Shown: positions 1 through 11,095, counted from the first letter of the stretch. The stretch is DNA of 64,000 nucleotides from Bdellovibrionales bacterium (GCA_965261545.1 CBDHDF010000011.1:96001-160000), one strand, 5' to 3'. A program made the numbers and translations. The notes: a model not told the origin generated them from the sequence alone.

Positions 1-1
1 C

Positions 2-1630
2 TTGACCAAAAGTATACAAAAAGCCTTGGACCGTAGGGTAAAGGCCCACCAAATGGAACCCCTGCTCCAAGACAAATATGTCACAAGTCGAGAGGGGCGG
101 TGGGTGCTTCCCATTAAAAGTGGAGTGCAACACAGGTTTGACGGAATTATCCATGCCTCAAGTCAAAGCCAGAAAACTGTTTTTATGGAACCCAGTGAGA
201 TTGTTCCCATGAACAATCGTCTCAGACAAATCGAAAGTGAAATAGAAGAAGAAGTCCAAAGGATTCTCTCCGAACTCTCCTCCTACCTCCATGGCCTGCT
301 TATCCCTTTTCAAAGGAGCCAAGCCACCCTCCTGCACTGTGATATCACCTTTGCCAAGGCTCGCCTCCTCCTTCAAATCAAAGGCAACCCCTGTCAGTTT
401 AGTGAGGATCAATGTCATCTCATGGGCTTGAGACACCCCCTTTTGGAACTCAACGGAGATAAGGTCGTTCCCAACACCCTTCAATTGGACTACAAAAATA
501 GAATTCTTCTCCTTTCAGGCCCTAATGCTGGTGGCAAAACAGTCTTACTAAAGTCATTTGGTTTGGCGGCTCAGATGGCCCGGCACGGCCTTCCCGTGGC
601 GGCAAGTGCTGGCTCAAAAATTCCCTTTTTTAAGGAGATATTTATCAGCGTGGGAGATGCTCAAAATGTGGGAGCCCACCTAAGTACCTTTGCTGCCCAC
701 TTAAAACTTTTAGACCAGGCCACTCAGGCCAAGGGGACAGATCAACTTGTCCTTGTAGATGAGATATGCAGCTCCACAGACCCCGAAGAGGGGGCGGCCC
801 TCGCCCGAAGTTTCATCCATAAATTTGCTGAACAAAAATGCTTTGCTATTGTCACTTCCCATTTCGGCCACCTTAAAAAGGGCTGGTCCCCCCACAGTGG
901 TGTCATCAACGGCAGCTTGGATTTTAGGGTGAACCAGGGTCCCACTTACCAATTCTCTATGGGAGTTCCGGGCCAATCTCTAGCCATTCAAACAGCTCAA
1001 AGAGTGGGGATTGACCCCTCGATCATACATCGAGCCATGGATTTTATGGGGCCTGAGTTTAAAAAATATCAAAAAGACACCCAGTCCATAGAAACCCTTA
1101 AAGAAGAACTTCACCATGTAAAAAGAAAACTGGATGAGAAACGCACTCAAGTCCAAAAGATGCTTCAAAAATATGAGAAATTGGTGGAGAAGTTTAAAAA
1201 TGAGCGCAACGACATGTTGAAACAAGCTCAAGTCCGCGCTGAGAGAAAAATCGACAAACTTATTCAAAGGGCTCAACAAAAAGCTCAGGTAGAGAATATT
1301 TTTCAGAAATACAGTGAGTTACAAAAGGTCAAAGCAGATATTCCAAAAATTATTAAAACTCGCAGAAATGAAAATGATACTCAAAAATTCCACTCCCTTG
1401 AAGAGTTTCTCTGTGCTATCTCGCCAGGCTCTAAGGTTTATGTCCCCAGTATTCAAAGAGAAGCCATTGTCCAGGGAAAACCCAATTCCAAAGGAGAGGT
1501 TTCCATCCTCTCCAACTCCATGCGGCTTATAGTGCCATGGCAAAGTATCCAACCGAGCCTCTCTACTTCTTCAACAAATTCTTTCCATGACCATGACCGC
1601 CCTCCGTATGGGAGGCCAAAGAAGGATTGA
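2..1630 (+). CDS. mutS2: MutS2 family protein (5' partial; ends without an Smr domain)
   Basis: Walker A SGPNAGGKT, STFAAH, LVLVDEICSSTDPEEG and IVTSH motifs, then a coiled coil and KOW-like region. Confidence 0.92.
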   Translation: MTKSIQKALDRRVKAHQMEPLLQDKYVTSREGRWVLPIKSGVQHRFDGIIHASSQSQKTVFMEPSEIVPMNNRLRQIESEIEEEVQRILSELSSYLHGLLIPFQRSQATLLHCDITFAKARLLLQIKGNPCQFSEDQCHLMGLRHPLLELNGDKVVPNTLQLDYKNRILLLSGPNAGGKTVLLKSFGLAAQMARHGLPVAASAGSKIPFFKEIFISVGDAQNVGAHLSTFAAHLKLLDQATQAKGTDQLVLVDEICSSTDPEEGAALARSFIHKFAEQKCFAIVTSHFGHLKKGWSPHSGVINGSLDFRVNQGPTYQFSMGVPGQSLAIQTAQRVGIDPSIIHRAMDFMGPEFKKYQKDTQSIETLKEELHHVKRKLDEKRTQVQKMLQKYEKLVEKFKNERNDMLKQAQVRAERKIDKLIQRAQQKAQVENIFQKYSELQKVKADIPKIIKTRRNENDTQKFHSLEEFLCAISPGSKVYVPSIQREAIVQGKPNSKGEVSILSNSMRLIVPWQSIQPSLSTSSTNSFHDHDRPPYGRPKKD

Positions 1631-4466
1631 GTGGGTCATGACAGAAATACTTGACACTATGCTGGCCAATAGGCAAAGGGCGCTGAAATGTCATTGTTGT
1701 TTTATCACGGCTGAATGGTGGGGGGGAGATGCCATTTTCCAATTCAACCACAACTTCGATTTGCCCATCTCCATTTCGGTCCACGGGGAGACAATCCAGT
1801 TCAATAGCAAATATTTGATTGCGTACGCTCACGCCAATGTCACTAAGTTGAGATGAATAATCAGGCTCACAGATAGAGCCAATAATCCCACCTGTCATTT
1901 TCGATAATTTGGTATATTCCAATCCCTCTGTGTATCCCCCGTTGTCCAAACACTCTTTATCTCCTTCTTTGACAATGATCGAGTGAAAGACAAAACTCTT
2001 AAGGCCTCCCCAAATATTATTTACAAAATTTATAAGGTTGCTGGCTTTGTTTCTATGTTTTGTATCAGACTCATCTTCATCTGAGAGAAGAACCACTGCC
2101 ATGTGGGCCGGGTCTCTCAGAAAATCTCTATTGGGCTTACTTTCATCAAAGCGATCGGGGTTGATATCTCTGGCTCTTTCAATCATTCGATAAGTATTGC
2201 GAATCCCCTGCTCTTTACTTGCCGACGAACTTGTAGGTCTTTTCACGGCTTGACTTAAATAATCTTGGGCCATCTCCGTGGGCAAAGAGACATCAAGATG
2301 GGTATTTCCATTGACAAAGGTGGCCAATTTTCCATCGCTGGCATTCGCTGAAGCCCTGGTGTATGTTGTGGTCACGGCAATGCGCCAATCCAAATCATGG
2401 AGATGCTGGACAAAATTCTTGATTCTTCTCGCCATATGGTCTTGCTCTTCATCCATAGAGGTGGAGTTATCCACCACAAACAAGATGTCAATGTCATCGT
2501 CTGATTCATCCACAAGAACCGTCTGATTCACGAGTCGAAAGGGGCTGAAGGCCTCCCACCCATGACTTATGGAGGTGGCATTGCCCGCTTCATCAAAAAT
2601 ATTGACGATCATCTCGTTTTGCCCCCTCACTAGATAGTGAGTTTGAAACCTCTGGCCTGCCGCACAGTTGACATTGTGAGAGTTGATCTGGCAGTGAGCC
2701 TCCTTAACTCCGCTAAGTTTGTCAGAAGCAAAAAAGTGAGCAAAGCTATCATCGTCAATATCATGCCTTGACGGAACTTCAACCCATCCTGCCACAGGAG
2801 GTGTTAAATCTATGTTCCAATAATATGAGGCAGGACCTGAAGGCGTACCCCATACATCGTAAGCCACCACTTGAAAAGTATAGCTGCTTTCTTTGAGAGC
2901 CGAAATTTTGTGGGGGGATTGACAGATCAGAAAAGGACCTCCATTGATAGAACACTCGTAGTGGCTTAGGCTTTCAGACCCCTCAGTTCCCTGGAATTCT
3001 AAAAAAGCCTCTGTGGCATTGGACCACAGTTTAGGACCACTAGATATGTGAACTGTTGGAGCTTCCACACCAACCTTCCACTCGTGAAACTTAATAGGGG
3101 ATCGATTGCCAGCCCTGTCTTGTGCATAAACCTCAAAACGATATTTCCCATCCAATAAATTTGTATAATTCACAGGGCTTGCGCACTCGGACTCCACTTG
3201 ATTCAACTGACAACGGGACCAAAGAATGCCACTTCCTGACTCGGTGACATTAAAAGTAAAGCGTGCATCTCTTATACCTTGAGAAGAACTGGGAGCAGAA
3301 ATAATTTCTACAGAAGGAGGTGTGAGATCGACCCACCACTGATGGGAGACTTCGGGAGAAATATTTCCCACCAAGTCTCGTGCTCTCACCACAAGCACAT
3401 GCTGCCCCTCTCGAAGCGAAAATCTTTCTTCTTCTTGGCAAATGACAAAGGGGCTGCGGTCCAAACTGCACTCAAAGCTAGACTTAGGATGGGCGTCCAC
3501 AACAAGGAATTTAAATTCTGACAAAGCTTGGTTAGAATATCTGTAGGGGCTTTTAATAATTTGCACTAGGGGTGGCGTTTGATCTATGGACCATGCATAG
3601 TTAAGAGTAGATATATTCCCGGTGCGATCTTTTCCTTGCACACTCAAGGTGTGCCTTCCATCAAGAAGATTTTGTAAAGACAATGTATTTTTACAAGAAC
3701 TCAGTGGAGTATTGTCCAGGCGACATACAAGTTCAATGTTTTGAACCAGCGTGTGGTTGTCTGCCACAGCAAACTTAAATTGGGCAATATTTAAATTGCT
3801 CAAAGCAGAGGGTGTCTCTGTCCACTGCATAAGGGGTGGAGTGAAATCCACCACCCATTGGTAATCTATGGACGGAGAGACATTTCCCGCCTTATCTTCT
3901 ACAAAAAGAGAGAGCCCTTGGTCCCCTTCAGCAAGCTCACTGAATTCCACACGATTGCCACACTCTTCTAGGTTGCCATTGCGAGTGCAATAATAAGCCG
4001 ACACCCCAGATAAATTATCTGTGGACTTGACCGTAAAATAGTCGCTTGAATTTCTACTATAGACTTCAGGCACCCGTTCCCATTCCACTTGTGGTGGAAC
4101 ATCATCGTGAACAATGGAATCACTAAAGCAATCTGATTGGCTTCTATCGGTTCGGAATTGAATATAAACCGATGTTTCTTTATTGGACTGGCTCAACACC
4201 CATTCTTTATTTCTTATGTAAGATTCCCACTCACCTCCTGCTTCACAGGTAGGATCGTTGGTGACATACATTTCTTGCTCACCCAACCCTAAAAGAGTGA
4301 GCCTGACAGTTGTGTTATTTGTAAAAGGATCTTCTTCATTTATAACAATGCCATTGGTGGTGCTACTGAAGCTTGCTTCGCCAGTTCCATCAAAGGCAAC
4401 ACGAGTGCATCCAGATAAAAACAAAGGAAATACCAATCCAATAAGAATGATATGGTTTGTATTCAT
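1563..4466 (-). CDS. Large lipoprotein with Ig-like repeats and C-terminal vWA domain
   Basis: Lipobox LSGC after the likely start at 4466 (RBS GAGG); repeated 'DxAGN...W.IDxTPP' Ig-like units; MIDAS 'DILFVVDNSTSM'. Confidence 0.8.
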   Translation of the reverse strand: MNTNHIILIGLVFPLFLSGCTRVAFDGTGEASFSSTTNGIVINEEDPFTNNTTVRLTLLGLGEQEMYVTNDPTCEAGGEWESYIRNKEWVLSQSNKETSVYIQFRTDRSQSDCFSDSIVHDDVPPQVEWERVPEVYSRNSSDYFTVKSTDNLSGVSAYYCTRNGNLEECGNRVEFSELAEGDQGLSLFVEDKAGNVSPSIDYQWVVDFTPPLMQWTETPSALSNLNIAQFKFAVADNHTLVQNIELVCRLDNTPLSSCKNTLSLQNLLDGRHTLSVQGKDRTGNISTLNYAWSIDQTPPLVQIIKSPYRYSNQALSEFKFLVVDAHPKSSFECSLDRSPFVICQEEERFSLREGQHVLVVRARDLVGNISPEVSHQWWVDLTPPSVEIISAPSSSQGIRDARFTFNVTESGSGILWSRCQLNQVESECASPVNYTNLLDGKYRFEVYAQDRAGNRSPIKFHEWKVGVEAPTVHISSGPKLWSNATEAFLEFQGTEGSESLSHYECSINGGPFLICQSPHKISALKESSYTFQVVAYDVWGTPSGPASYYWNIDLTPPVAGWVEVPSRHDIDDDSFAHFFASDKLSGVKEAHCQINSHNVNCAAGQRFQTHYLVRGQNEMIVNIFDEAGNATSISHGWEAFSPFRLVNQTVLVDESDDDIDILFVVDNSTSMDEEQDHMARRIKNFVQHLHDLDWRIAVTTTYTRASANASDGKLATFVNGNTHLDVSLPTEMAQDYLSQAVKRPTSSSASKEQGIRNTYRMIERARDINPDRFDESKPNRDFLRDPAHMAVVLLSDEDESDTKHRNKASNLINFVNNIWGGLKSFVFHSIIVKEGDKECLDNGGYTEGLEYTKLSKMTGGIIGSICEPDYSSQLSDIGVSVRNQIFAIELDCLPVDRNGDGQIEVVVELENGISPPPFSRDKTTMTFQRPLPIGQHSVKYFCHDPLNPSLASHTEGGHGHGKNLLKK

Positions 4467-4682
4467 AGTTATGACCTCTTTTATGAAGTGAAAATAATTT
4501 ATATTAAATTTATTCAAATAAGATGACCTCAATCACAGGTCTTCCCGTTGAATGATTATCGGTGACCAAGATCATGAACAATATGATGGATGACAATTTT
4601 TAGATAAAAGACGAGTTGGTTTTCTACCAAAATCGTGATGACTTGAGAAGCGAAAGCCAAAAAATCGAACAAGCTGAGGAAA

Positions 4683-5369
4683 CTAAATCGTGCCAAATTT
4701 CTTCTGAAAATGATCTTGAAGAATTTGTGTGATAGCCTCTCTATAAACTTTTCTTTGAAGAATTTCTTCAATAGATGTCATTCTTTGGCTCTGAAAACCA
4801 CAGGGATAAATTCCCTGAAAGGCTTTGGGGTCGTGATAAATATTTATGGCGACTCCGTGATAGGCGACCCAAGACTTAACAGCAATACCTATGGACACAA
4901 GCTTCTTATCACCTACCCACACCCCCGTCACAGAAAGGCGACCTTGATGTTGGCATGCAGATTTTTGCAACCCCCGTACGCCCAGAGAAGACGGGGGTGA
5001 TAGTGAAATGAAAAGCTCCTTCAAAGAATCCACAAGCCACTCTTCAAGGGACTCCAAATAATGATGAATATCCCTCGTTCGCAAGGAAGGCCGCCATCGA
5101 CTTAAGTCGATAATAGGATAAACGATAATTTGGCTGGGCCCATGGTAGGTGGCTCTTCCGCCTCGTTGACTCTGAATCACAGGGCCTCCCCAGGCGACCA
5201 CGTCCCCTTTCGCTTGCGAAGAGCGACCCAGCGTCACCACGGGCGGGTGGGTGCAGAAAATAAGAGACTCTTGGGCGGTTTTATTGGTTTTAAGATTTGC
5301 AACGATTTCTAGTTGGCGCTGAAGGGAGAGGTTGTAATCAACCCTCCCCCAGTGCTCCACTTTAAACAT
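4683..5369 (-). CDS. lipB: Lipoyl(octanoyl) transferase
   Basis: HPPVVTLGR, RGGRATYHGPSQ, KKLVSIGIAV, HGVAIN and YPCG motifs. Confidence 0.93.
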   Translation of the reverse strand: MFKVEHWGRVDYNLSLQRQLEIVANLKTNKTAQESLIFCTHPPVVTLGRSSQAKGDVVAWGGPVIQSQRGGRATYHGPSQIIVYPIIDLSRWRPSLRTRDIHHYLESLEEWLVDSLKELFISLSPPSSLGVRGLQKSACQHQGRLSVTGVWVGDKKLVSIGIAVKSWVAYHGVAINIYHDPKAFQGIYPCGFQSQRMTSIEEILQRKVYREAITQILQDHFQKKFGTI

Positions 5370-6882
5370 GATTTCTTGGAGTCCCCGTGGGGCCTGATGC
5401 CTCCTCCTTAACTGCCGATCCTGACCCTGCCCCCAAGGGTAGTTTTGGCTTTAAGGGCTTTTGAATCATATGAATGGCGTGGCCGAGAGCGGCCTCTGCC
5501 GCCTCCATCATGGTTTCGCTTAGGGTGGGGTGGGGATGAATGGTGAGGGCGATATCCTCAAGAGTCGCCCCCATTTCAATGGCCAGTGCACACTCGCTAA
5601 TAAGATTACTGGCCTCAGGTCCCACCACATGAACCCCTAAAACCACATGGCTTTTTGCATCTGCAATGATTTTGACAAAACCATCTGTTTCCATGACAGA
5701 AACAGCTCGCCCATTGGCCCCAAAGGGAAATTTTCCAATTTTTAAATCCGAATGACCATGGGCCTTGCACTCATCTTCGAGCCATCCTACAGAAGCGATC
5801 TCTGGATCTGTAAACACAACGGCTGGCACCACCTTAGCATCGTAAACACGGTTGTACCCTGCAATCACCTCCGCCGCAAGAACTCCCTCATGGCTGGCTT
5901 TGTGGGCAAGCATAGGTGCCCCCGCGACATCTCCAATGGCGTAAATATGGGGTGTGGTGGTTTTCATCTGAACATTGACCTTGATAAAACCATTATCATC
6001 CACTTGAACACTCGCAGCCTTGAGGTTCATTTCATCGGAGTTGGGGCGACGCCCCACCGTGAGGAGAATTCCATCGGTTTTGATCCCCTCAGATTTCCCC
6101 TCCCTTTCTACAGTCACTTCATAGCCCAACTTTAACTTCTTATAGGACTTGGCTAAGGCCCCTAGGTGAACACTCACACCCAATTTCTTCAACTTGCGGG
6201 CCACCACCTGGACACACTCCTTATCCGCCACACCTTGCAAAAGAGAAGCGCTGGCTTCAAGAACTGTCACCTGGGAGCCCAGTTTGGACATATATGATCC
6301 AATCTCCAAGCCAATATAACCTCCTCCAATAACAACAAAGTTTTTGGGAACTTTCTTTAAAGCAAGGGCCCCTGTGGAAGAGAGAACATGAGTCTCATCC
6401 ACGATAAAGCCCGGAATTTCAATGGGGCGAGACCCCGTGGCAATAATAAAGTTTTTAGCTTTGATCACCTGAGTGGACTCGGATTCTCTGGAGCTTTTTA
6501 CCAAAAGCTCTGTGGGGCTTTGAAAATCAGCCTCCCCTTGAATAATACAAATCTTATTGCCCTTAAGAAGCTGAGAAACTCCCCCCGACATTTTATCGCA
6601 CACAGATTGCTTCCATTGGACAAGCTCTTCCATATTTAAATCAATGGAGCCTATGTGAAAACCCATTTTCTTAGCATCGTGCTGGGCCCGATGTAAAAAG
6701 TGAGCCGCTGAAATCATGGCCTTTGATGGAATGCAACCCACATTAAGACAAACGCCCCCCAGGGCCTCTCTTTCAACCACCGCTGTGCTTAAACCCAACT
6801 GGGACGCACGAATGGCGGCAACATACCCGCCGGGCCCTGAGCCGATAACACAAACATCGAAGTTTTGGCTTTCCAAAATCAT
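5362..6882 (-). CDS. lpdA: Dihydrolipoyl dehydrogenase (E3)
   Basis: GSGPGGY, GGVCLNVGCIPSK, GGGYIGLE and HPHPTLSE motifs. Confidence 0.96.
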   Translation of the reverse strand: MILESQNFDVCVIGSGPGGYVAAIRASQLGLSTAVVEREALGGVCLNVGCIPSKAMISAAHFLHRAQHDAKKMGFHIGSIDLNMEELVQWKQSVCDKMSGGVSQLLKGNKICIIQGEADFQSPTELLVKSSRESESTQVIKAKNFIIATGSRPIEIPGFIVDETHVLSSTGALALKKVPKNFVVIGGGYIGLEIGSYMSKLGSQVTVLEASASLLQGVADKECVQVVARKLKKLGVSVHLGALAKSYKKLKLGYEVTVEREGKSEGIKTDGILLTVGRRPNSDEMNLKAASVQVDDNGFIKVNVQMKTTTPHIYAIGDVAGAPMLAHKASHEGVLAAEVIAGYNRVYDAKVVPAVVFTDPEIASVGWLEDECKAHGHSDLKIGKFPFGANGRAVSVMETDGFVKIIADAKSHVVLGVHVVGPEASNLISECALAIEMGATLEDIALTIHPHPTLSETMMEAAEAALGHAIHMIQKPLKPKLPLGAGSGSAVKEEASGPTGTPRNHV

Positions 6883-8264
6883 ACCATATCCAACATGAGG
6901 TGGCTTGGGCTTTCAATGCGCTTTATAAAGGAAGAAAGAAATCGTGCGGCAACAGCTCCGTCAATGAGCCTGTGATCACAGGTGATTGTAAAATTCATCA
7001 CTTTCACAGGAAAAAATTGCCCATCTTTAAAAAGAGGTTTGTCCGTCATCTTGTAAACACCAAGTATGGCGACCTCTGGGTGATTGATAATGGGCGTTGC
7101 ATAGGTTCCACCCACACTTCCAATATTTGTAATGGTGACAGTGGCCCCTTTCATGTTCTCCAAGGGAAGCTCACCCTTACGAGCCTTGTTGGCAAGTTCT
7201 GTAATCTCATGGCTCAATTGAAGAATTGTCTTACTGTTTGCATTCTTGATATTGGGAACCAACAAACCCTTGGGAGTGTCGGTGGCAAAGCCTATATGGT
7301 AGTATTTTTTATAAACAATTTCTTGGGCTTCATCATCTATAGTGGCATTCACTTCTGGAAACTCCCTCAAAGTGGCAATAAGGGCTTTCATGATAAAGGG
7401 CAAAAAGGTAACATGGACGCCATACTCTTTGCCAATTTCTTTGGCTTGTTTTCTAAATTCATAAAGTTCACTCACATTGGCCTCATCCATGAGAGTAAAA
7501 TGAGGGACAATTTGCTTTGTCATCTGCATTTGCTCAGCAATTTTTCGACGGATACCTCGCAAGGGAACTCGCTCCTCTTCCATACTCAGAGACTTTGAGT
7601 CACCAAGAGGCGAAAAAATTTGACGCGAAAAGGGAGGAGAAAGGGCTTGAGAGGAAGAAGTCGAAACAGAAGCAGTCGGAACGGAAGAAATTGAAGCGGA
7701 AGCAGTTTCACCTGAAGCCTTTGCTCTCAAAACGTCATCCCTTGTCACACGACCCACGGAACCCGTACCCTGAAGTGCATTGATATCAATGTTCATTTCT
7801 CGGGCAAGACGACGGGTGCCCGGAGTCGCAAGAACCTGACTTTGAGCCACCGGAGGGTCAACAGAAGCCAATTTATGCCTCTCCTGTCCATCTTCTTGCC
7901 CATGGTGCTCTTGTGTGCGGTCCCCCTCTTGCAGATGATTCCCCTGTCTATTGACTGCCTCTTTTGTATGAGGAATATGATCTGTATGAGGCATATGATT
8001 TGTATGAGTCTTATGGACGGCATTTGTTGTATCAAGAACTAAAAGGGTTGTTTCAATGGGGATAACATCCCCTTCACTGGCTTTTAACTCCTTGACGGTG
8101 CCAGAAATAGGACTGGGCACTTCCACCGTGGCCTTATCTGTCATGATTTCAGCCACAGGCTGATCCTCTTCCACAGAATCCCCAATTTGCACCAGCCATT
8201 TGACCATTTCACCTTCGGTAACACCTTCTCCAATGTCTGGAAGAACAATATTTTTTACTGACAT
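6879..8264 (-). CDS. pdhC: 2-oxo-acid dehydrogenase E2 dihydrolipoamide acyltransferase
   Basis: Lipoyl domain TDKATVEVPSP, E3-binding ATPGTRRLARE, catalytic DHRLIDG; substrate specificity not determinable. Confidence 0.85.
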   Translation of the reverse strand: MSVKNIVLPDIGEGVTEGEMVKWLVQIGDSVEEDQPVAEIMTDKATVEVPSPISGTVKELKASEGDVIPIETTLLVLDTTNAVHKTHTNHMPHTDHIPHTKEAVNRQGNHLQEGDRTQEHHGQEDGQERHKLASVDPPVAQSQVLATPGTRRLAREMNIDINALQGTGSVGRVTRDDVLRAKASGETASASISSVPTASVSTSSSQALSPPFSRQIFSPLGDSKSLSMEEERVPLRGIRRKIAEQMQMTKQIVPHFTLMDEANVSELYEFRKQAKEIGKEYGVHVTFLPFIMKALIATLREFPEVNATIDDEAQEIVYKKYYHIGFATDTPKGLLVPNIKNANSKTILQLSHEITELANKARKGELPLENMKGATVTITNIGSVGGTYATPIINHPEVAILGVYKMTDKPLFKDGQFFPVKVMNFTITCDHRLIDGAVAARFLSSFIKRIESPSHLMLDMV

Positions 8265-9274
8265 TTTAAATCTCCTTTTTTCTTGATAGTTCCCCCCATT
8301 TTTTTCTTGATGATTCCCTCCATAAAAAATTCTCCCGCCCTATAGGAACTGCGAACAAGAGGACCACTGGCCACATATAAAAAGCCCATGCCCTCGGCCT
8401 CCCTTTGCCATTGCTGAAATTTCTCAGGGGAGACAAACTCTTCCACCTTGAGTTTGAGCCTTGTGGGTTGGAGATATTGGCCAAATGTCACAACATCACA
8501 ATCAATACCTCTGAGATCCCTGAGAGTTTGCCTCACCTCAGAGTCTGTTTCCCCAAGCCCTAACATAATGGACGTTTTTGTATATCTAGAAGGGTCATGA
8601 CCTTTGACAAACTCCAACACACCAAGAGACTGGGCATAGCCAGCCCGAGGGTCTCGCACTCTCTTTGTCAACCTCTCCACTGTCTCTATATTGTGAGCAA
8701 AAACATCTGGTTGTACATCTATAATTTGAGCCACACAGGCCCTGTCCCCTTTAAAATCGGGAGTGAGAACTTCAACAATGAGGTCTGGCTTTTTTTGCTT
8801 AATGGTGGCCACTGTTTTGGCAAAATGGGTCGCCCCCCCATCGGGGAGATCATCCCGATCCACGCTTGTGAGAACCACATAAGCAAGACCCATCTGGCAA
8901 ATGGCTTCACCCACTTTTTGAGGTTCTTTGGTGTCAATAGCTCCCCGAGGATTTCCTGTTTTGACAGCACAAAAGCGACACCCTCGGGTGCAAACCTCAC
9001 CCATAAGCATAAATGTGGCCGTCCCTCCTTGCCAACATTCAGCAATATTGGGGCAGCGAGCCTCTTGACACACAGTCGCAAGATTGAGCTGACCTAGCAA
9101 GCTTTTGATAGATTGGTAGGTCTTCCCCACAGGAGCACGAACCTTCAACCACTCGGGCTTAACTTTTGTTGTACTTGCTGCACTCAAAGGAATTTTCTCC
9201 ATTTTGTCATATCTGTCATATTTGTTATAGTCATACCTTATACGGGGGGACACCGAACTTCTTTTTTGATACAT
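8255..9274 (-). CDS. lipA: Lipoyl synthase
   Basis: CQEARCPNIAEC, CTRGCRFC and RSSY motifs. Confidence 0.96.
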   Translation of the reverse strand: MYQKRSSVSPRIRYDYNKYDRYDKMEKIPLSAASTTKVKPEWLKVRAPVGKTYQSIKSLLGQLNLATVCQEARCPNIAECWQGGTATFMLMGEVCTRGCRFCAVKTGNPRGAIDTKEPQKVGEAICQMGLAYVVLTSVDRDDLPDGGATHFAKTVATIKQKKPDLIVEVLTPDFKGDRACVAQIIDVQPDVFAHNIETVERLTKRVRDPRAGYAQSLGVLEFVKGHDPSRYTKTSIMLGLGETDSEVRQTLRDLRGIDCDVVTFGQYLQPTRLKLKVEEFVSPEKFQQWQREAEGMGFLYVASGPLVRSSYRAGEFFMEGIIKKKMGGTIKKKGDLKCQ

Positions 9275-9343
9275 TCACCTTACCATAACTGCCCACTTAG
9301 AGTCTCTACAATACTTAATAAACTGGCTCAATAGGTTAAAGAA

Positions 9344-10114
9344 ATGAAATTTAAAGAACCCTTAAAAGAAGGATTATTTCTTAAAAGATATAAGAGATTT
9401 TTTGCAGATATCCAATGGGAAGACCAAGTTATCACGGCCCATGTGCCCAATACGGGGAGCATGAAGGGCTGTCTTGCCGCAGGGGCCCCCTGTCGCTTTA
9501 CCACCCATGATGATCCCAAACGCAAACTTAAATACACCCTACAAATGATAAGAATTGGGGAAACCTGGATCGGCGTCAACACAGGCTTGTCCAATCAAGT
9601 GGTGTGGGAAGCCTTTGAATCCAAGTCCATACCCCATTGGCGTAAGTTCCAATGGGGCAAAAGAGAAGTTAAAATCAATGATTCCTCACGGGTGGACTTT
9701 GCTTTCTGGGGACGAGAAACCAGCCATAAACCCCATGACAAAATAGACCCATCTTGGTTGAAAGGAACCGATTATGGGCTTTTTCATTTTGTGGAGGTGA
9801 AAAATGTGACCCTGGCCGGAGAAAAGGGAGCGGCTCAATTCCCAGATGCTGTTACAACCCGAGGGCAGAAACACCTTAGAGACCTCATAATCCTTGTAGA
9901 AGCTGGTCATAGTGCTGAAATCTTGTTTACAATTCAGCGACTTGACTGCAATCATTTTTGTCCAGCCGATGAAATAGACCCCGAATACGGACGCCTTCTT
10001 CGAGAAGCCAAGAGGGCAGGAGTGATTATCTCACCCTACCTATGTGATCTCAACCCACAGGGGGTGACTATGAGAGGGAGGGAGAAATTGAGATTAAAAA
10101 TCAATGCTCCCTGA
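9344..10114 (+). CDS. sfsA: DNA/RNA nuclease SfsA
   Basis: RYKRFFAD, HVPNTGSM, FVEVKNVT and FPDAVTTRGQKHL motifs. Confidence 0.93.
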   Translation: MKFKEPLKEGLFLKRYKRFFADIQWEDQVITAHVPNTGSMKGCLAAGAPCRFTTHDDPKRKLKYTLQMIRIGETWIGVNTGLSNQVVWEAFESKSIPHWRKFQWGKREVKINDSSRVDFAFWGRETSHKPHDKIDPSWLKGTDYGLFHFVEVKNVTLAGEKGAAQFPDAVTTRGQKHLRDLIILVEAGHSAEILFTIQRLDCNHFCPADEIDPEYGRLLREAKRAGVIISPYLCDLNPQGVTMRGREKLRLKINAP

Positions 10115-10195
10115 TACCATTTCAATCTTCAAGAAAAGCTCCCTTCTCTCCCAAAAGGAATTTCTCAAGAGAAGGAGAAGCGGCCCAAAAAGCAG

Positions 10196-11095
10196 TTACT
10201 TTGAATCCTCAAGACCCTCTGGAATAGCAATACCCTTTTCCTTGAGATGTTTATTAATGATGGATTTAAACTTATCAAAAGGGTAGGCTCCACGCACAGG
10301 GATCCCACCCACAAGAAAACCTGGAGTTCCCGAAAATTCAAACTTTTCAGCCTCTGCTTTGTCAGCCGCCAAGCGATCACTGACAGTCTGGGAATCTTTG
10401 TGCTTCTTAATCCCCGCCATATCGGCTTTGACAAATTTCGCCGCCTTTTCTAAAAAGCTTTCCCCTTCACTGTAAAGCTTTTTTTGATTCTCATAGACAT
10501 AGTCGTGAAAATCTTTGGCCTTCTTAGGGCTTTCCATGGCAATAGCTTCATAGTATCGAGCCGTGGGTTCAGCCATGGGCTTAAAGGCAAGGTGCTTATA
10601 AAGCAGTCGAACTTTCCCCTTGTACTCCTTTAAAACCTTATTCACAGTCTTGGCCGCTTTGGCACAATAGGGGCACTGAAAATCCGAATACTCCACAATG
10701 GTGACTGGAGCACTTGTATCACCAAAAATAGCTCGCTTCGAATCGATCTCAGGTTTTTTGGGATTCTTGAAAGCTTTTTCTTCTTCTGCCAACTCCTTTT
10801 GTCGAGCCTCCTGTTGCATAGACTTGCGCGCCGAAGACTCCGCCTTACCTACAGCATCAAAAAACTTCTTGGGGTTGTTTTCAATGATATTGAAAAGAAT
10901 CTCTGGATTTTCTTCGAGAACTTTTTTCACCTCTTTCTTGGAAGATGAGGTGCCCTGAATACTCGTTGTACAAGAAACCAGACCCAGCCCAAAAAGCACT
11001 GTACAAAGAATGGAGAGCATCCACTTTATTGAAAGCCCTAGCTTCCATCCAATTGGCGATCGTGATTGGAAATTTCTAACTTCATACTCTCCCAT
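10196..11095 (-). CDS. DsbA-family thioredoxin-fold lipoprotein
   Basis: EYSDFQCPYC and GTPGF motifs; lipobox LVSC. Confidence 0.88.
   Translation of the reverse strand: MGEYEVRNFQSRSPIGWKLGLSIKWMLSILCTVLFGLGLVSCTTSIQGTSSSKKEVKKVLEENPEILFNIIENNPKKFFDAVGKAESSARKSMQQEARQKELAEEEKAFKNPKKPEIDSKRAIFGDTSAPVTIVEYSDFQCPYCAKAAKTVNKVLKEYKGKVRLLYKHLAFKPMAEPTARYYEAIAMESPKKAKDFHDYVYENQKKLYSEGESFLEKAAKFVKADMAGIKKHKDSQTVSDRLAADKAEAEKFEFSGTPGFLVGGIPVRGAYPFDKFKSIINKHLKEKGIAIPEGLEDSK

Noticed and set aside
6879..9274. Absence of E1 genes next to E2/E3
   Set aside because: Split dehydrogenase loci are common; E1 is probably elsewhere.
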